Of a DNA stretch of 32,000 nucleotides, positions 8,046 through 16,360 are shown piece by piece. The notes under the pieces are model-generated. The model ran no database searches. It saw only the letters and a program-made list of their open reading frames with translations, and was not told the DNA's origin. The stretch's first letter is position 1; each line of letters starts with the position of its first letter. Source of the DNA: Candidatus Thorarchaeota archaeon (lineage in GTDB: Archaea > Asgardarchaeota > Heimdallarchaeia > Hodarchaeales > Hodarchaeaceae); NCBI GenBank assembly GCA_048882505.1, contig JBHLRO010000016.1, positions 30,001 to 62,000 of the forward strand, read 5' to 3'. The translations under genes and the position numbers were made by a program.

Positions 8046-8660
8046 CTAATTTGAACCATCTAATGGCATTAAGAGTTTAGTCTTCTGGATTTCTACTCCT
8101 CTCATTGGAAATAAACGCTTAACCTGAAAATAAATCATTGAACCAATCTTCCCGTTAGTAGCTTCACGGATGAATTCGTCATTGTCAAGTTCTGCGGCCC
8201 TGTCTTCCACAATCGTCATCATTTGGCGTCTTATGGCGTCCTTTTGACTGGCTTTTGAGCGATGTGTAGTAAAACCCGTTGCCGTTACTCGGTAGAGAAC
8301 TCCATCTTTTGTTTTAACAGTACTAATGCTGTCTATTCGTGTTCTACGTCTTCTGACAAGAAAGCGCAGATGATCTCGTGCAAATGAATGTCCTTTAAAA
8401 CGAGTTTGTGCTTTATTTCCCGTCACATCAGTGATCTGAAATTGAAGTTTTACATGTCGCTTCGTATAATCATTGGTTAAATCGTCGCCAAGAGAAACTT
8501 CAATAACACGGCCGATCATTTTTTCTGGATCATCAGCAACTGTTTCTCCAATTAGCTTCTCCTCCCCTTCAAGAAAGCCAGGAGGAGTGAAAATCTGGTA
8601 AATATCTTTCGCAGACCATTTATCGATTATACGAGAGCGTGAACGGGAACGACGGCTCAT
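8046..8660 (-). CDS. rps3ae: 30S ribosomal protein eS1 (S3Ae)
   Basis: DKWSAK.IY.I.TP, IGETVADDPEKMIGRVIEVSL.D, T.F.GH....D.LR.LVRRRRTRID, IFPMRxVEI-like C-terminus. SD AGGAG 9 nt before the ATG. Confidence 0.97.
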   Translation of the reverse strand: MSRRSRSRSRIIDKWSAKDIYQIFTPPGFLEGEEKLIGETVADDPEKMIGRVIEVSLGDDLTNDYTKRHVKLQFQITDVTGNKAQTRFKGHSFARDHLRFLVRRRRTRIDSISTVKTKDGVLYRVTATGFTTHRSKASQKDAIRRQMMTIVEDRAAELDNDEFIREATNGKIGSMIYFQVKRLFPMRGVEIQKTKLLMPLDGSN

Positions 8661-8836
8661 TAATAAGAGCTCCTCCTTTTATTTAGATAATAAGGCACAG
8701 GCAATCGTTCTTTGAAGCACAATTAAAAACTTCTGACCCCCGAAATCTCTTTATTCTAAAGGCAACGAAGTAAACGTAGAGCAAAAATCTTGAATTTAAT
8801 AAGGTTATTCCTTGATTTCAGGGTTTGATTGGCGAA

Positions 8837-9520
8837 ATGAAGGAAATAAAGGTCCCTCTTATTGTTTTAAACCTGAAAATCTATCAAAAAGCTTTGGGTA
8901 AACAAGGCCTCGAGCTAGCGAAGATTGCTGAGAGTGTGGCGCAGGAATCTGGTGCAATGATTGTGATCTGCCCTCCAATAACCTATCTAACACAGTTCGC
9001 TGAACAACTCGAAATTCCAGTTTTTTCACAAGCAGTAGACAATGTGTCTACGGGGAGCAATACGGGGAAAATTTCTACGGAGATGATCAATATATCGGGC
9101 GCTTCAGGATCCCTTATTAATCATTCGGAGAATCGAATGACCCTAGCTGATATTGAAAACGTGATTCGGGATTTACGATCACATAGACTATACGCGATTG
9201 TGTGTACGAACAATGAAGCAGTTAGTGCTGCATCTGCAAAATTGAATCCAAATGCAATTGCTTTCGAACCCCCCGAGCTTATCGGTACAGGAATTTCGGT
9301 CTCATCTGCTCAGCCCGAGATTGTAAGAAAAAATGTCCAACGGATCATACTCGAAAATCCCCAAGTGACCCCCCTTTGTGGAGCGGGTATATCTAATGCC
9401 GAGGATGTGAAAAAAGCGCTTGAATTAGGGACACAGGGGGTCCTCCTCGCTTCCGCATATATAAAAGCGAAAGACCCTCATGCATTATTATATAAAATGG
9501 CACAAGCACTCCAACAATAG
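8837..9520 (+). CDS. tpiA: Triosephosphate isomerase (archaeal type)
   Basis: NLKIY (catalytic K), INHSE (catalytic H), EPPELIGTG (catalytic E), CGAGI, GVLLAS. ATG at 8837 chosen; the ORF track starts at TTG 8825. Confidence 0.97.
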   Translation: MKEIKVPLIVLNLKIYQKALGKQGLELAKIAESVAQESGAMIVICPPITYLTQFAEQLEIPVFSQAVDNVSTGSNTGKISTEMINISGASGSLINHSENRMTLADIENVIRDLRSHRLYAIVCTNNEAVSAASAKLNPNAIAFEPPELIGTGISVSSAQPEIVRKNVQRIILENPQVTPLCGAGISNAEDVKKALELGTQGVLLASAYIKAKDPHALLYKMAQALQQ

Positions 9521-9539
9521 AACTTGATCAATGAGAGGG

Positions 9540-9674
9540 CTACGTTTCTGTAATATCTTCCTGTTCTTCCTCCTCCTCATTGTAGAATAATAAATACAAC
9601 ACTATTAAGGCAAGGGATAAGATGGCAAAGATTGTAGCGATAAAGGATGCATATGAAAAGTTAATCAGAGCCAT
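9540..9674 (-). CDS. Small 44-aa single-pass membrane protein with acidic tail (below the ORF-track cutoff)
   Basis: MALINFSYASFIATIFAILSLALIVLYLLFYNEEEEEQEDITET*. Clean TM segment, poly-Glu tail, GGAG upstream. Fills the gap between herA and the convergent tpiA. Confidence 0.55.
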   Translation of the reverse strand: MALINFSYASFIATIFAILSLALIVLYLLFYNEEEEEQEDITET

Positions 9675-9959
9675 AGACGAATTCTACTCCATTATCAGTC
9701 CAAATATACCAGGATTCATGACCTGTAGACACATGAATACAGGTAGCATATAAACATCAGAAATCCTATTCATTTCACTGAATTTTAACTTCTTCTTTTC
9801 TAGTTTCTCCCGATAAAAAATGGTTTATCAAAAGCTTGTCGCTATTTGTGGCAACTGAATAACAGAGTTACTGGAACCATCTGTCAGGATAGACATGAGA
9901 CTAGCTAATAATCTACTTCAAACACTGGAAAATAGGGTTCCTCCCCATAGACCTCGAGG

Positions 9960-11438
9960 CTACGGCTCAGAATAGAAATCCCTAAACCAGCTTTCAGATA
10001 CTGATTCTAAATCCGAATTAGAAATACTTGCCCGAAAACGTCTGGTTCGCACACGAAAAAATACAGGGTAGTTGACTCCCTCGCCTACCAATAAGGCTTC
10101 GCCAATTTCTAAATCTGGGAGTACCCTCAGTGCTGCTCTATCAATTCCTTCAGAAGTTCGACCAATGAAATCGAGATCATATGGATTTCTGATGCGAAGT
10201 ATTAAATTCGAGTTACATTGGGAGAGTGCGGTTACGGACAGGTTCACTGGTCGCTGGGAAATAAGACAGAGCGAAACATAGAATTTTCGTCCTTCACGAG
10301 CAATGGTCTCAATAATCCGTTTTGAAACAGATCTTTGATTTTGAGGACAGAATTGATGGGCCTCTTCAACCACAAACAGCGATGGTGGGATTTTGTTCTG
10401 GATACGTTGGTAATATAGTCCTTTCAGGAAGTGCAGGACAATGATAGCTCTGCTCCGTAGATTTCGAATCTCAGATAAATCGAGAATCGTGATCTTTCCA
10501 GGACGGATCATTTGATCGATAATGGGATTGGTTTGTGCCGAAAAAAGGTAGGTTCGATCTAAAGAATGCAACCACCCGATTAAGGCATCCTTCGTGCGAG
10601 TATTGATTGTTTCGGACTGATCAGTAACACGGATGAGATCTTGTAGACCATAGAGGTCTTTTTGTTTCCGAAGTTCCGCAATTAGATTGTCAAGAACACG
10701 GGTCTGAACAACGGTCATATCGGGAATGAATTCTGAAATGTCCCATGCTGAAAGTTCGGGAACGCCAATTGAAATAAAAGAACCGTTAATAATCTCATTT
10801 CTCTGTTTTTTTCCTGCCATTTCAGGAATAAGGCTCGAATATTCACCATGTGGATCAATGACGAGAACTCCCATCTTTCCATGGTTATGGAGCTCTTCAA
10901 GCAAAACAGTTGTGGCATAAGATTTTCCTGCCCCCGAAATGGCGAGAATTGCAAGATGCTTTCTTAGCAACCGCGAAAGACTGGGTTGTACTTTCACGCT
11001 ATTTGATGGTATTTCCCCCCAAAAAAGGCCATTATCGTCAAATCCAAGAAACTTCGAAACTACGGCGGCTTCTGCCGTATATACCTTCGAACCAGGAGAC
11101 ACAGGAAACTTGAGACGACGAACTTTTCCAGTAACCTTGTTTAGTTCACCCAGTGGTTTGAGTTCAGCTACCGTGCTTTCCCATTCATTTGTTGGAAAGA
11201 TGGCGTCAAACTCCCGAGAGGCTAGCTCTTGGATATTAGAGTCGAGAGTCTCATAATACGCATTATATTTCTTGATTCCTGTAATTTGGCCTAGAACTAC
11301 CAAACTTTGGTCTTTAGGAAGAGCAACAAACTGTCCTCTCTCCGCATACGATTGGTCATTATTTTCAATAATGATGAATTCTATTTTATCCAAGTTAGGG
11401 GAGTCCTTTGTTGAGATAACAGTTCCAAGCAGGGTCAT
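9960..11438 (-). CDS. herA: HerA bipolar DNA helicase/translocase (HAS barrel + FtsK/HerA ATPase)
   Basis: N-terminal HAS barrel, Walker A ILAISGAGKSY, IDPHGEY, Walker B VVEEAH, REGRKF, SQRP. Adjacent to nurA. Confidence 0.93.
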   Translation of the reverse strand: MTLLGTVISTKDSPNLDKIEFIIIENNDQSYAERGQFVALPKDQSLVVLGQITGIKKYNAYYETLDSNIQELASREFDAIFPTNEWESTVAELKPLGELNKVTGKVRRLKFPVSPGSKVYTAEAAVVSKFLGFDDNGLFWGEIPSNSVKVQPSLSRLLRKHLAILAISGAGKSYATTVLLEELHNHGKMGVLVIDPHGEYSSLIPEMAGKKQRNEIINGSFISIGVPELSAWDISEFIPDMTVVQTRVLDNLIAELRKQKDLYGLQDLIRVTDQSETINTRTKDALIGWLHSLDRTYLFSAQTNPIIDQMIRPGKITILDLSEIRNLRSRAIIVLHFLKGLYYQRIQNKIPPSLFVVEEAHQFCPQNQRSVSKRIIETIAREGRKFYVSLCLISQRPVNLSVTALSQCNSNLILRIRNPYDLDFIGRTSEGIDRAALRVLPDLEIGEALLVGEGVNYPVFFRVRTRRFRASISNSDLESVSESWFRDFYSEP

Positions 11439-11472
11439 ATGTATTCAACCTCATTGTTGCCTAATTTCAAGG

Positions 11473-12612
11473 TTAAAACCTCCAAGGGGTTCTTTCTCGA
11501 CGAGGGAACCACAAATCCGGTGTAGGATGTTTTGTATGGATCGACCGGAATAAAGCGTCGACTTCGGCTTCCTTTATTCTTGCTCGAGCATCAGCTTCAA
11601 CTATGGGCGCGGGGATCCCATATTCACGATTATATTGAGAGATAGGCAATATCGCCTCAGAGAGAATATTCACTTCACTTACAAGGGCCGAAGGTTTCAG
11701 AGGAACTGATTGGAACAGCTCAATCCTGAGCGGAATGTCGTATGGTGCCGTTTTCAGGTAATAAACATAGAGTGATAAATTCAAGCCTAAATCAGTAGGC
11801 AATTGGAAGGGGTAGTGATATACCAGGCTCCGATCGCTTGGTTCTAATAGATAGAAGAATAGGTCCATATCTCTACTTCTGTTAATGATGCTGCGATAAT
11901 CAATCGTAAGCATCTGGGGCATCTCCTCACTTAAGAAGGGGAGAATTTGTCCAAGAAATTTAGTGAGAAGGTTTAACCGACTATCCTTGACAATCCAGGC
12001 CAACCGAATCCGATCTTCCCTTGCTTGGGACACAAGTCTGGCAAGATGATTTAGATAGGTTTGGTAGTAACGCAAAATTTTTTGATTTCCTGTTAAAGGT
12101 TTTTTTATGACTGGGCTTCCATCTAAAAGGAGTATATCTACCTTTTTTGGACTTGTCTCCAGAACTTGAATAGTAACCTGAATTTCTGTAATAGCCCGTC
12201 TTATTGTTCCGTATTGTTCTGCGTCAATGACAGATAAACCCACTTCCGAGACCGCTGTTTCAAATGGTGGGGTTTTGGTGGGATAATAGGTAGTTTTCTG
12301 GATACCCGTGGGAGTGTAGCTGGAAAAAACGGCAACTGCTCGGAAAAGAAAGATGTCAAAGCCAATGAACTTTCGTGAAACATACCCGCCATCGACTCCA
12401 GCTATTGTGAGCCCCGCAATATCAGCAGGAGTCAAATGGGTAATTAGGGCACTGTCATAAGTAAGATTTTTGAGATGCGGGGGAAGATGTGTTAACAAGG
12501 GGGAGTATGACCTAAGAAGATTACAGAATTTAATTTTCGTTGCATTTAATCTTGAAATCTCTGATAAAAAGTTAATGATTTCATGATATGCTCCCGAATG
12601 GATAACGTGAAT
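11473..12612 (-). CDS. nurA: NurA 5'-3' nuclease; probable ATT start at 12612, 379 aa
   Basis: IAGVDGG, LLLDGS, G.PAPIVEADARA motifs. The frame is open 38 codons upstream of the ORF-track TTG (12498) to an ATT with AGGAG 9 nt before it. Confidence 0.88.
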   Translation of the reverse strand: MHVIHSGAYHEIINFLSEISRLNATKIKFCNLLRSYSPLLTHLPPHLKNLTYDSALITHLTPADIAGLTIAGVDGGYVSRKFIGFDIFLFRAVAVFSSYTPTGIQKTTYYPTKTPPFETAVSEVGLSVIDAEQYGTIRRAITEIQVTIQVLETSPKKVDILLLDGSPVIKKPLTGNQKILRYYQTYLNHLARLVSQAREDRIRLAWIVKDSRLNLLTKFLGQILPFLSEEMPQMLTIDYRSIINRSRDMDLFFYLLEPSDRSLVYHYPFQLPTDLGLNLSLYVYYLKTAPYDIPLRIELFQSVPLKPSALVSEVNILSEAILPISQYNREYGIPAPIVEADARARIKEAEVDALFRSIHTKHPTPDLWFPRRERTPWRF

Positions 12613-12621
12613 ACAAGATCT

Positions 12622-12626
12622 CTCCT
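12622..12626 (-). promoter_or_regulatory. Shine-Dalgarno AGGAG, 9 nt before the ATT at 12612
   Basis: Minus strand reads CAGGAG-AGATCTTGT-ATT, in frame with nurA. Confidence 0.6.
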
Positions 12627-12726
12627 GAAAAGTTGAATGATCTAAATGCTAGTAGGTAAGCGACGTTTTTAAGAACCCCTCCTGCAAAAACTTCAATTGT
12701 CATCTCGGGAGGTTTTTCCTGCATCA

Positions 12727-12734
12727 TTTAAATA
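12727..12734 (+). promoter_or_regulatory. Probable TATA box of the L32e-L15 operon
   Basis: TTTAAATA in the divergent nurA/rpl32e intergenic region. Confidence 0.4.
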
Positions 12735-12860
12735 TAGGGAATAACGGGGCTTGGTTTGGATTCTGCAGTCGTTTCACGTACAATAGATCTCAATCCCACC
12801 GTTATACTTCTCTCGAAGCGGAAGATAAGGATTCTACGGTATAAATGGAAGAAACATGAA

Positions 12861-13382
12861 ATGTCAGGCATTTCAAAAGTAAGCTCTGGTCAGGAGGCTC
12901 GCCTCCAAAGAATTAAGGCCCTTTTAAAGAAAAAAAGGCCAAAATTCCACCGACCCGAATCTTGGAGATATAGACGAGTTAAAAAAAGCTGGCGGAAGGC
13001 CCGTGGGATTGATTCAAGGACACGTCAAAAGAAACGAGGTTGGCCGGTGTCCCCCTCAATTGGATTTCGAAGCCCGAGGCAGGTCCGTTATCAATCATCT
13101 GTGGGCACTGAAGAGGTACTGATCAATTCTCCTTTGGATTTATCACTCGTTGACACCTCTTATCAGGTGGGACGGATTGCAGCTGGTGTAGGAAGGAAAA
13201 AAAAGGAAAGAATAATTACTGAAGCCCAATTATTGAACGTTCATATTATAAATCCGATTGTCGCCAGAGTGGATCTGCGTGATCTAGAAGAAGAGCTAGC
13301 GCTTGATGAGGAGGCGCTAGAGGATCTCGAGCTATCAGACCTCGAATTGTCAGACCTTGAAATTGGAGACGAAGAAGAATGA
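12861..13382 (+). CDS. rpl32e: 50S ribosomal protein eL32 with acidic C-terminal extension
   Basis: KKRPKFHRPESWRYRRVKKSWRKARGIDS, P.IGFRSP, IAAGVGRKKK. ATG at 12861 preferred over TTG 12756. Confidence 0.96.
   Translation: MSGISKVSSGQEARLQRIKALLKKKRPKFHRPESWRYRRVKKSWRKARGIDSRTRQKKRGWPVSPSIGFRSPRQVRYQSSVGTEEVLINSPLDLSLVDTSYQVGRIAAGVGRKKKERIITEAQLLNVHIINPIVARVDLRDLEEELALDEEALEDLELSDLELSDLEIGDEEE
13326..13370 (+). repeat. Three imperfect 15-nt tandem repeats coding LELSD-LELSD-LEIGD
   Basis: ctcgagctatcagac / ctcgaattgtcagac / cttgaaattggagac. Confidence 0.8.
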
Positions 13383-13846
13383 ATCTTGCTCCTCAAAAAC
13401 GAATCGCCGCTAAAGTCCTAGGAGTAGGGGTACATAGAGTTTGGATTGATCCGGATGTTGAGGAGGACCTTTCCTTAGCCTTGACAAGAGCTGACGTTCG
13501 AAAGCTCATTGCAGATGGAATAATTCGGAAAAAGCCGGTGCAAGGGGTATCACGAGCTCGTGCTAGATACATTAGGAGACAAAAACACCGAGGACAACGG
13601 AGAGGTCCTGGAAGTAGAAAAGGAAGAAAGGGTGCGAGACAACCAAGTAAAAAACTTTGGATTACTAAGGTGAGAGCCCAGAGAAGATATTTACGAGCAC
13701 TTAGAGACAAGCAAGCCATCTCACCTGCCCAGTATAGAACACTTTATGCAAAAGTTAAAGGTAATGCGTACCGCAGTGTGGCCTATCTCCGAAATACAAT
13801 CGAAGATCTTGGAATCGTAAAAAAGCCAAAAGTGCGGAGACGGTGA
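13379..13846 (+). CDS. rpl19e: 50S ribosomal protein eL19
   Basis: QKRIAAKVLGVG..RVWIDP, TRADVRKLI.DG.I, G.RRGPGSRKG, W...VRAQRR.LR.LRD. Confidence 0.98.
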   Translation: MNLAPQKRIAAKVLGVGVHRVWIDPDVEEDLSLALTRADVRKLIADGIIRKKPVQGVSRARARYIRRQKHRGQRRGPGSRKGRKGARQPSKKLWITKVRAQRRYLRALRDKQAISPAQYRTLYAKVKGNAYRSVAYLRNTIEDLGIVKKPKVRRR

Positions 13847-14445
13847 AGAGTATGGCAAAAGGTGCCCGATATCGTGTTCCTTTTAGACGGCGACGCGAAG
13901 GAAAAACAAACTACCATTTACGGCGTCGCCTAGTCCGAAGTAACGAAACCCGAGCGGTTGTCCGTCTCACTAATAATCATTGCCTTATTCAATTTATAGA
14001 CGCAAGAATCAACGGGGATTTCACACTCTCATCGGCCCACACACGTGAACTTACAAAAGAATTTCAATGGGGAGAGGCTACATCAAATATCCCAAGCGCA
14101 TATCTTGTTGGATTTTTAGCAGGACTCAAAGGACAAAAAGCTGGAATCCAACGAGCAATTCTTGATGCGGGGCTGAATCCTCCCGTTTATGGATCCCGTC
14201 TGTTTGCCGCTCTGAAAGGAATTGTTGATTCCGGATTAGAAGTTCCACATTCGGAAAAAGTTTTTCCCACGGAGGAACGACTTAAGGGGAGGCATATTGC
14301 CGAATACGCCAGAATTCTTAAACAGAATGATATGGAGCGGTTTGAAATACAGTTTTCAAAATATATCAAGCAAAAAATCGACCCGACCAAGCTAACCGAC
14401 TTATTTGAGAACACGAAAAATGCAATTGAAACTAAATACCATTAA
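13843..14445 (+). CDS. rpl18: 50S ribosomal protein uL18 (archaeal L18 / eukaryotic L5); start at 13843 or ATG 13852
   Basis: MAKGARYRVPFRRRREGKTNY..R..L, N.PSAYLVG.LAG, AILDAGL, RLFAALKG.VDSGLEVPH, GRHIAEY. Confidence 0.97.
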   Translation: MKSMAKGARYRVPFRRRREGKTNYHLRRRLVRSNETRAVVRLTNNHCLIQFIDARINGDFTLSSAHTRELTKEFQWGEATSNIPSAYLVGFLAGLKGQKAGIQRAILDAGLNPPVYGSRLFAALKGIVDSGLEVPHSEKVFPTEERLKGRHIAEYARILKQNDMERFEIQFSKYIKQKIDPTKLTDLFENTKNAIETKYH

Positions 14446-14478
14446 GATTGAATTAATAATATTAAAGGATGATTGGAC

Positions 14479-15138
14479 ATGAGTAGAAGACGACGCGATA
14501 GAGAAAATGCAGCAACGGAAGTCGATCTTGATTCATGGATGCCTCGAACAGAGGTGGGTCACTTAGTAAAGGAGGGATCTATTACCTCCATTTATGATGT
14601 TTTTCGTGATTCATTTCGAATTGATGATGTCAGGGTTGTCGACTTCCTTGTTCCTAATTTGACCGAAACGGTATTGGATGTGGGTCGAGTTCAGAGACAG
14701 ACTGATGCTGGGCGAAAAACGCTATTTGTTGCGACAGCCGGCGTTGGCAATCGAAATGGAATCGTTGGAGTAGCGCAAGCAAAGGCGGCAGGCGTTGGAA
14801 CGGCCATCAGAAATGCTATCGTTCTTTCTAAATTAAATATTGTACCGATTAAGAGAGGATGCGGGAGTTGGGAATGCACCTGTTCCAATCCCCACTCAAT
14901 TCCGTTCCAAACCGAAGGCAAGGTTGGTAGTGTCCGAGTTATTTTGAAACCCGCCCCCAAAGGATTGGGACTTGTGATTGGGGACGTTGCCACAAACATT
15001 ATGGAACTTGCTGGAATATCTGATATATGGAGTAAATCGTTTGGAGATACTCGAACGACTCAGAATTTTTGTAAAGCTACTTTTGAAGCCCTTCGGGCCA
15101 CGTATGCCCGATCACATGTTACTGAATGGGGGGAATAA
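14479..15138 (+). CDS. rps5: 30S ribosomal protein uS5
   Basis: WMPRTEVG.LVKEG.I, VQRQTDAGRK, VGNRNG.VG, RGCGSWEC.C..PHS.PF...GKVGSV, PAPKGLGL, TRTT.NF.KATF.AL. Confidence 0.98.
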   Translation: MSRRRRDRENAATEVDLDSWMPRTEVGHLVKEGSITSIYDVFRDSFRIDDVRVVDFLVPNLTETVLDVGRVQRQTDAGRKTLFVATAGVGNRNGIVGVAQAKAAGVGTAIRNAIVLSKLNIVPIKRGCGSWECTCSNPHSIPFQTEGKVGSVRVILKPAPKGLGLVIGDVATNIMELAGISDIWSKSFGDTRTTQNFCKATFEALRATYARSHVTEWGE

Positions 15139-15144
15139 CAGATT

Positions 15145-15642
15145 ATGTCAAAATCTCCCTCCCAAGCGACTAGTCGGATGGCGGTGATCCGGATCCGAAG
15201 CGTCATTGGTAGACATCAAGAAATAAAAAAAACTCTCAATCTCTTAAGACTTCATAAAACGAATCACTGTATCATTATAGATGATCGTGAAACCTATAAG
15301 GGTATGTTGCAGAAGGCAAAGGACATAGTTACTTGGGGCGAACTAGATTTCGCTAGCACAAAAGAACTTATCATCAAACGAGGACGCATAAATGGAAATC
15401 AAAGAGTCACGGAAGAGTATGTCAAAAAAAACACACGGTTCTCCAATATCGATGACTTTGTGGAACAATTTTTACGCTTTAAAGCCAATCTAGATGAAAT
15501 AAAAGGTCTAAAACCTGTTTTTCGGTTGCATCCCCCAAGAAAAGGGTTTAGAAGTCGTGGAGTCAAACAACCATATGCCTTGGGAGGGGCACTCGGGTAT
15601 AGAGGCGAACATATCAATCAGCTTATCACCAAAATGGCATAA
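15145..15642 (+). CDS. rpl30: 50S ribosomal protein uL30 (long archaeal form)
   Basis: AVIRIRS.IG, L.LLRLHKTNHC, GMLQKAKD.VTWGE, GLKPVFRLHPPRKGF, GGALGYRG..IN.LI.KM. Confidence 0.97.
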   Translation: MSKSPSQATSRMAVIRIRSVIGRHQEIKKTLNLLRLHKTNHCIIIDDRETYKGMLQKAKDIVTWGELDFASTKELIIKRGRINGNQRVTEEYVKKNTRFSNIDDFVEQFLRFKANLDEIKGLKPVFRLHPPRKGFRSRGVKQPYALGGALGYRGEHINQLITKMA

Positions 15643-15653
15643 TGTGGATGCAT

Positions 15654-16097
15654 ATGACAACCAGACGGTCAAAGAAGATAAGAAAACAGCGTGGCAGTCG
15701 AACCTATGGATATGGTAGAGTATCAGGCGGCCATAGGAAAAGTGGGTCTCGTGGCGGAGTCGGTAAAGCAGGTAGCAAGGGCCACCACCGCATTGGTAAA
15801 ATTTCTAGCATCATCGAGAGCCAAAAAGGATTTTCTCCCCCCAACAGACTGCCATCCCGAACAATTAATGTGGGAATCATAGAAGAACAGCTTGAGAGCT
15901 GGTTATCCTCCAATCAAGCTATTAAGAAAGGACAAACGATCAAGGTAGATGTAGCTCAACTGGGTTATTCGAAAGTCCTAGGTTCTGGTCGAGTCAGCAC
16001 CCGCATCAATCTTTATACCCCTAAAATCACATCCAGGGCACAAACAAAAATAGAAGCTGTTGGTGGTAAAGTTTTTACAAGCAATGCTGATGAATGA
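15654..16097 (+). CDS. rpl15: 50S ribosomal protein uL15
   Basis: RKQRGSRTYGYG....HRKSGSRGG.G.AG, TINVG, KVLGSG, A..KIEAVGG. ATG at 15654 preferred over 15642. Confidence 0.96.
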   Translation: MTTRRSKKIRKQRGSRTYGYGRVSGGHRKSGSRGGVGKAGSKGHHRIGKISSIIESQKGFSPPNRLPSRTINVGIIEEQLESWLSSNQAIKKGQTIKVDVAQLGYSKVLGSGRVSTRINLYTPKITSRAQTKIEAVGGKVFTSNADE

Positions 16098-16249
16098 GAA
16101 CTCACTGAAGAGCTCGTATCTCTGTGATAGACAGATTTTGATAATGTCAGTTGATAAAATTTAAAATCTAAGGATCATTCAACGACCAAAAAGCTCATAA
16201 TAGTTAATAAACACAGAATGATCATTTTAGGACAGTTGCGATAACAAAC

Positions 16250-16323
16250 GGGCCGGTGATCTAGCCCGGTATGATGCCTCCCTGACACGGAGGAAATCCC
16301 CAGTTCAAATCTGGGCCGGCCCA
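16250..16323 (+). tRNA. trnV: tRNA-Val(GAC), intronless
   Basis: Acceptor GGGCCGG/CCGGCCC+A; anticodon arm CCTCC-CTGACAC-GGAGG; T arm CCCAG-TTCAAAT-CTGGG. Confidence 0.96.
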
Positions 16324-16360
16324 TCAGTTAACTTAATATTGACGTACATAGGGGAGTGTT

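Noticed and set aside
9540-9773. A 29-codon ORF (ATG 9773) ends in TAG in frame with the 44-aa membrane ORF, suggesting amber/pyrrolysine read-through
   Set aside because: No pyl genes in the window, the upstream peptide resembles nothing, and the downstream ATG has its own GGAG. Chance in-frame arrangement is likely.
9910-10010. Alternative frame across the herA stop reading EVYGEEPYFPVFEVDY, vaguely like HerA's own GEGVNYPVFFRV
   Set aside because: No start codon, bounded by stops, and no nucleotide-level duplication visible.
12756-12860. 35-aa N-terminal extension of eL32 from TTG 12756
   Set aside because: It begins about 20 nt after the TATA box, has no SD, and does not resemble eL32. 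It is better explained as a 5' leader.
16087-16154. CTGATGA...CTGA...GTGATAG box-like pattern at the end of rpl15
   Set aside because: The first spacer is self-complementary (TGAG/CTCA), neither spacer matches an rRNA/tRNA sequence I recognise, and there is no good terminal D box.
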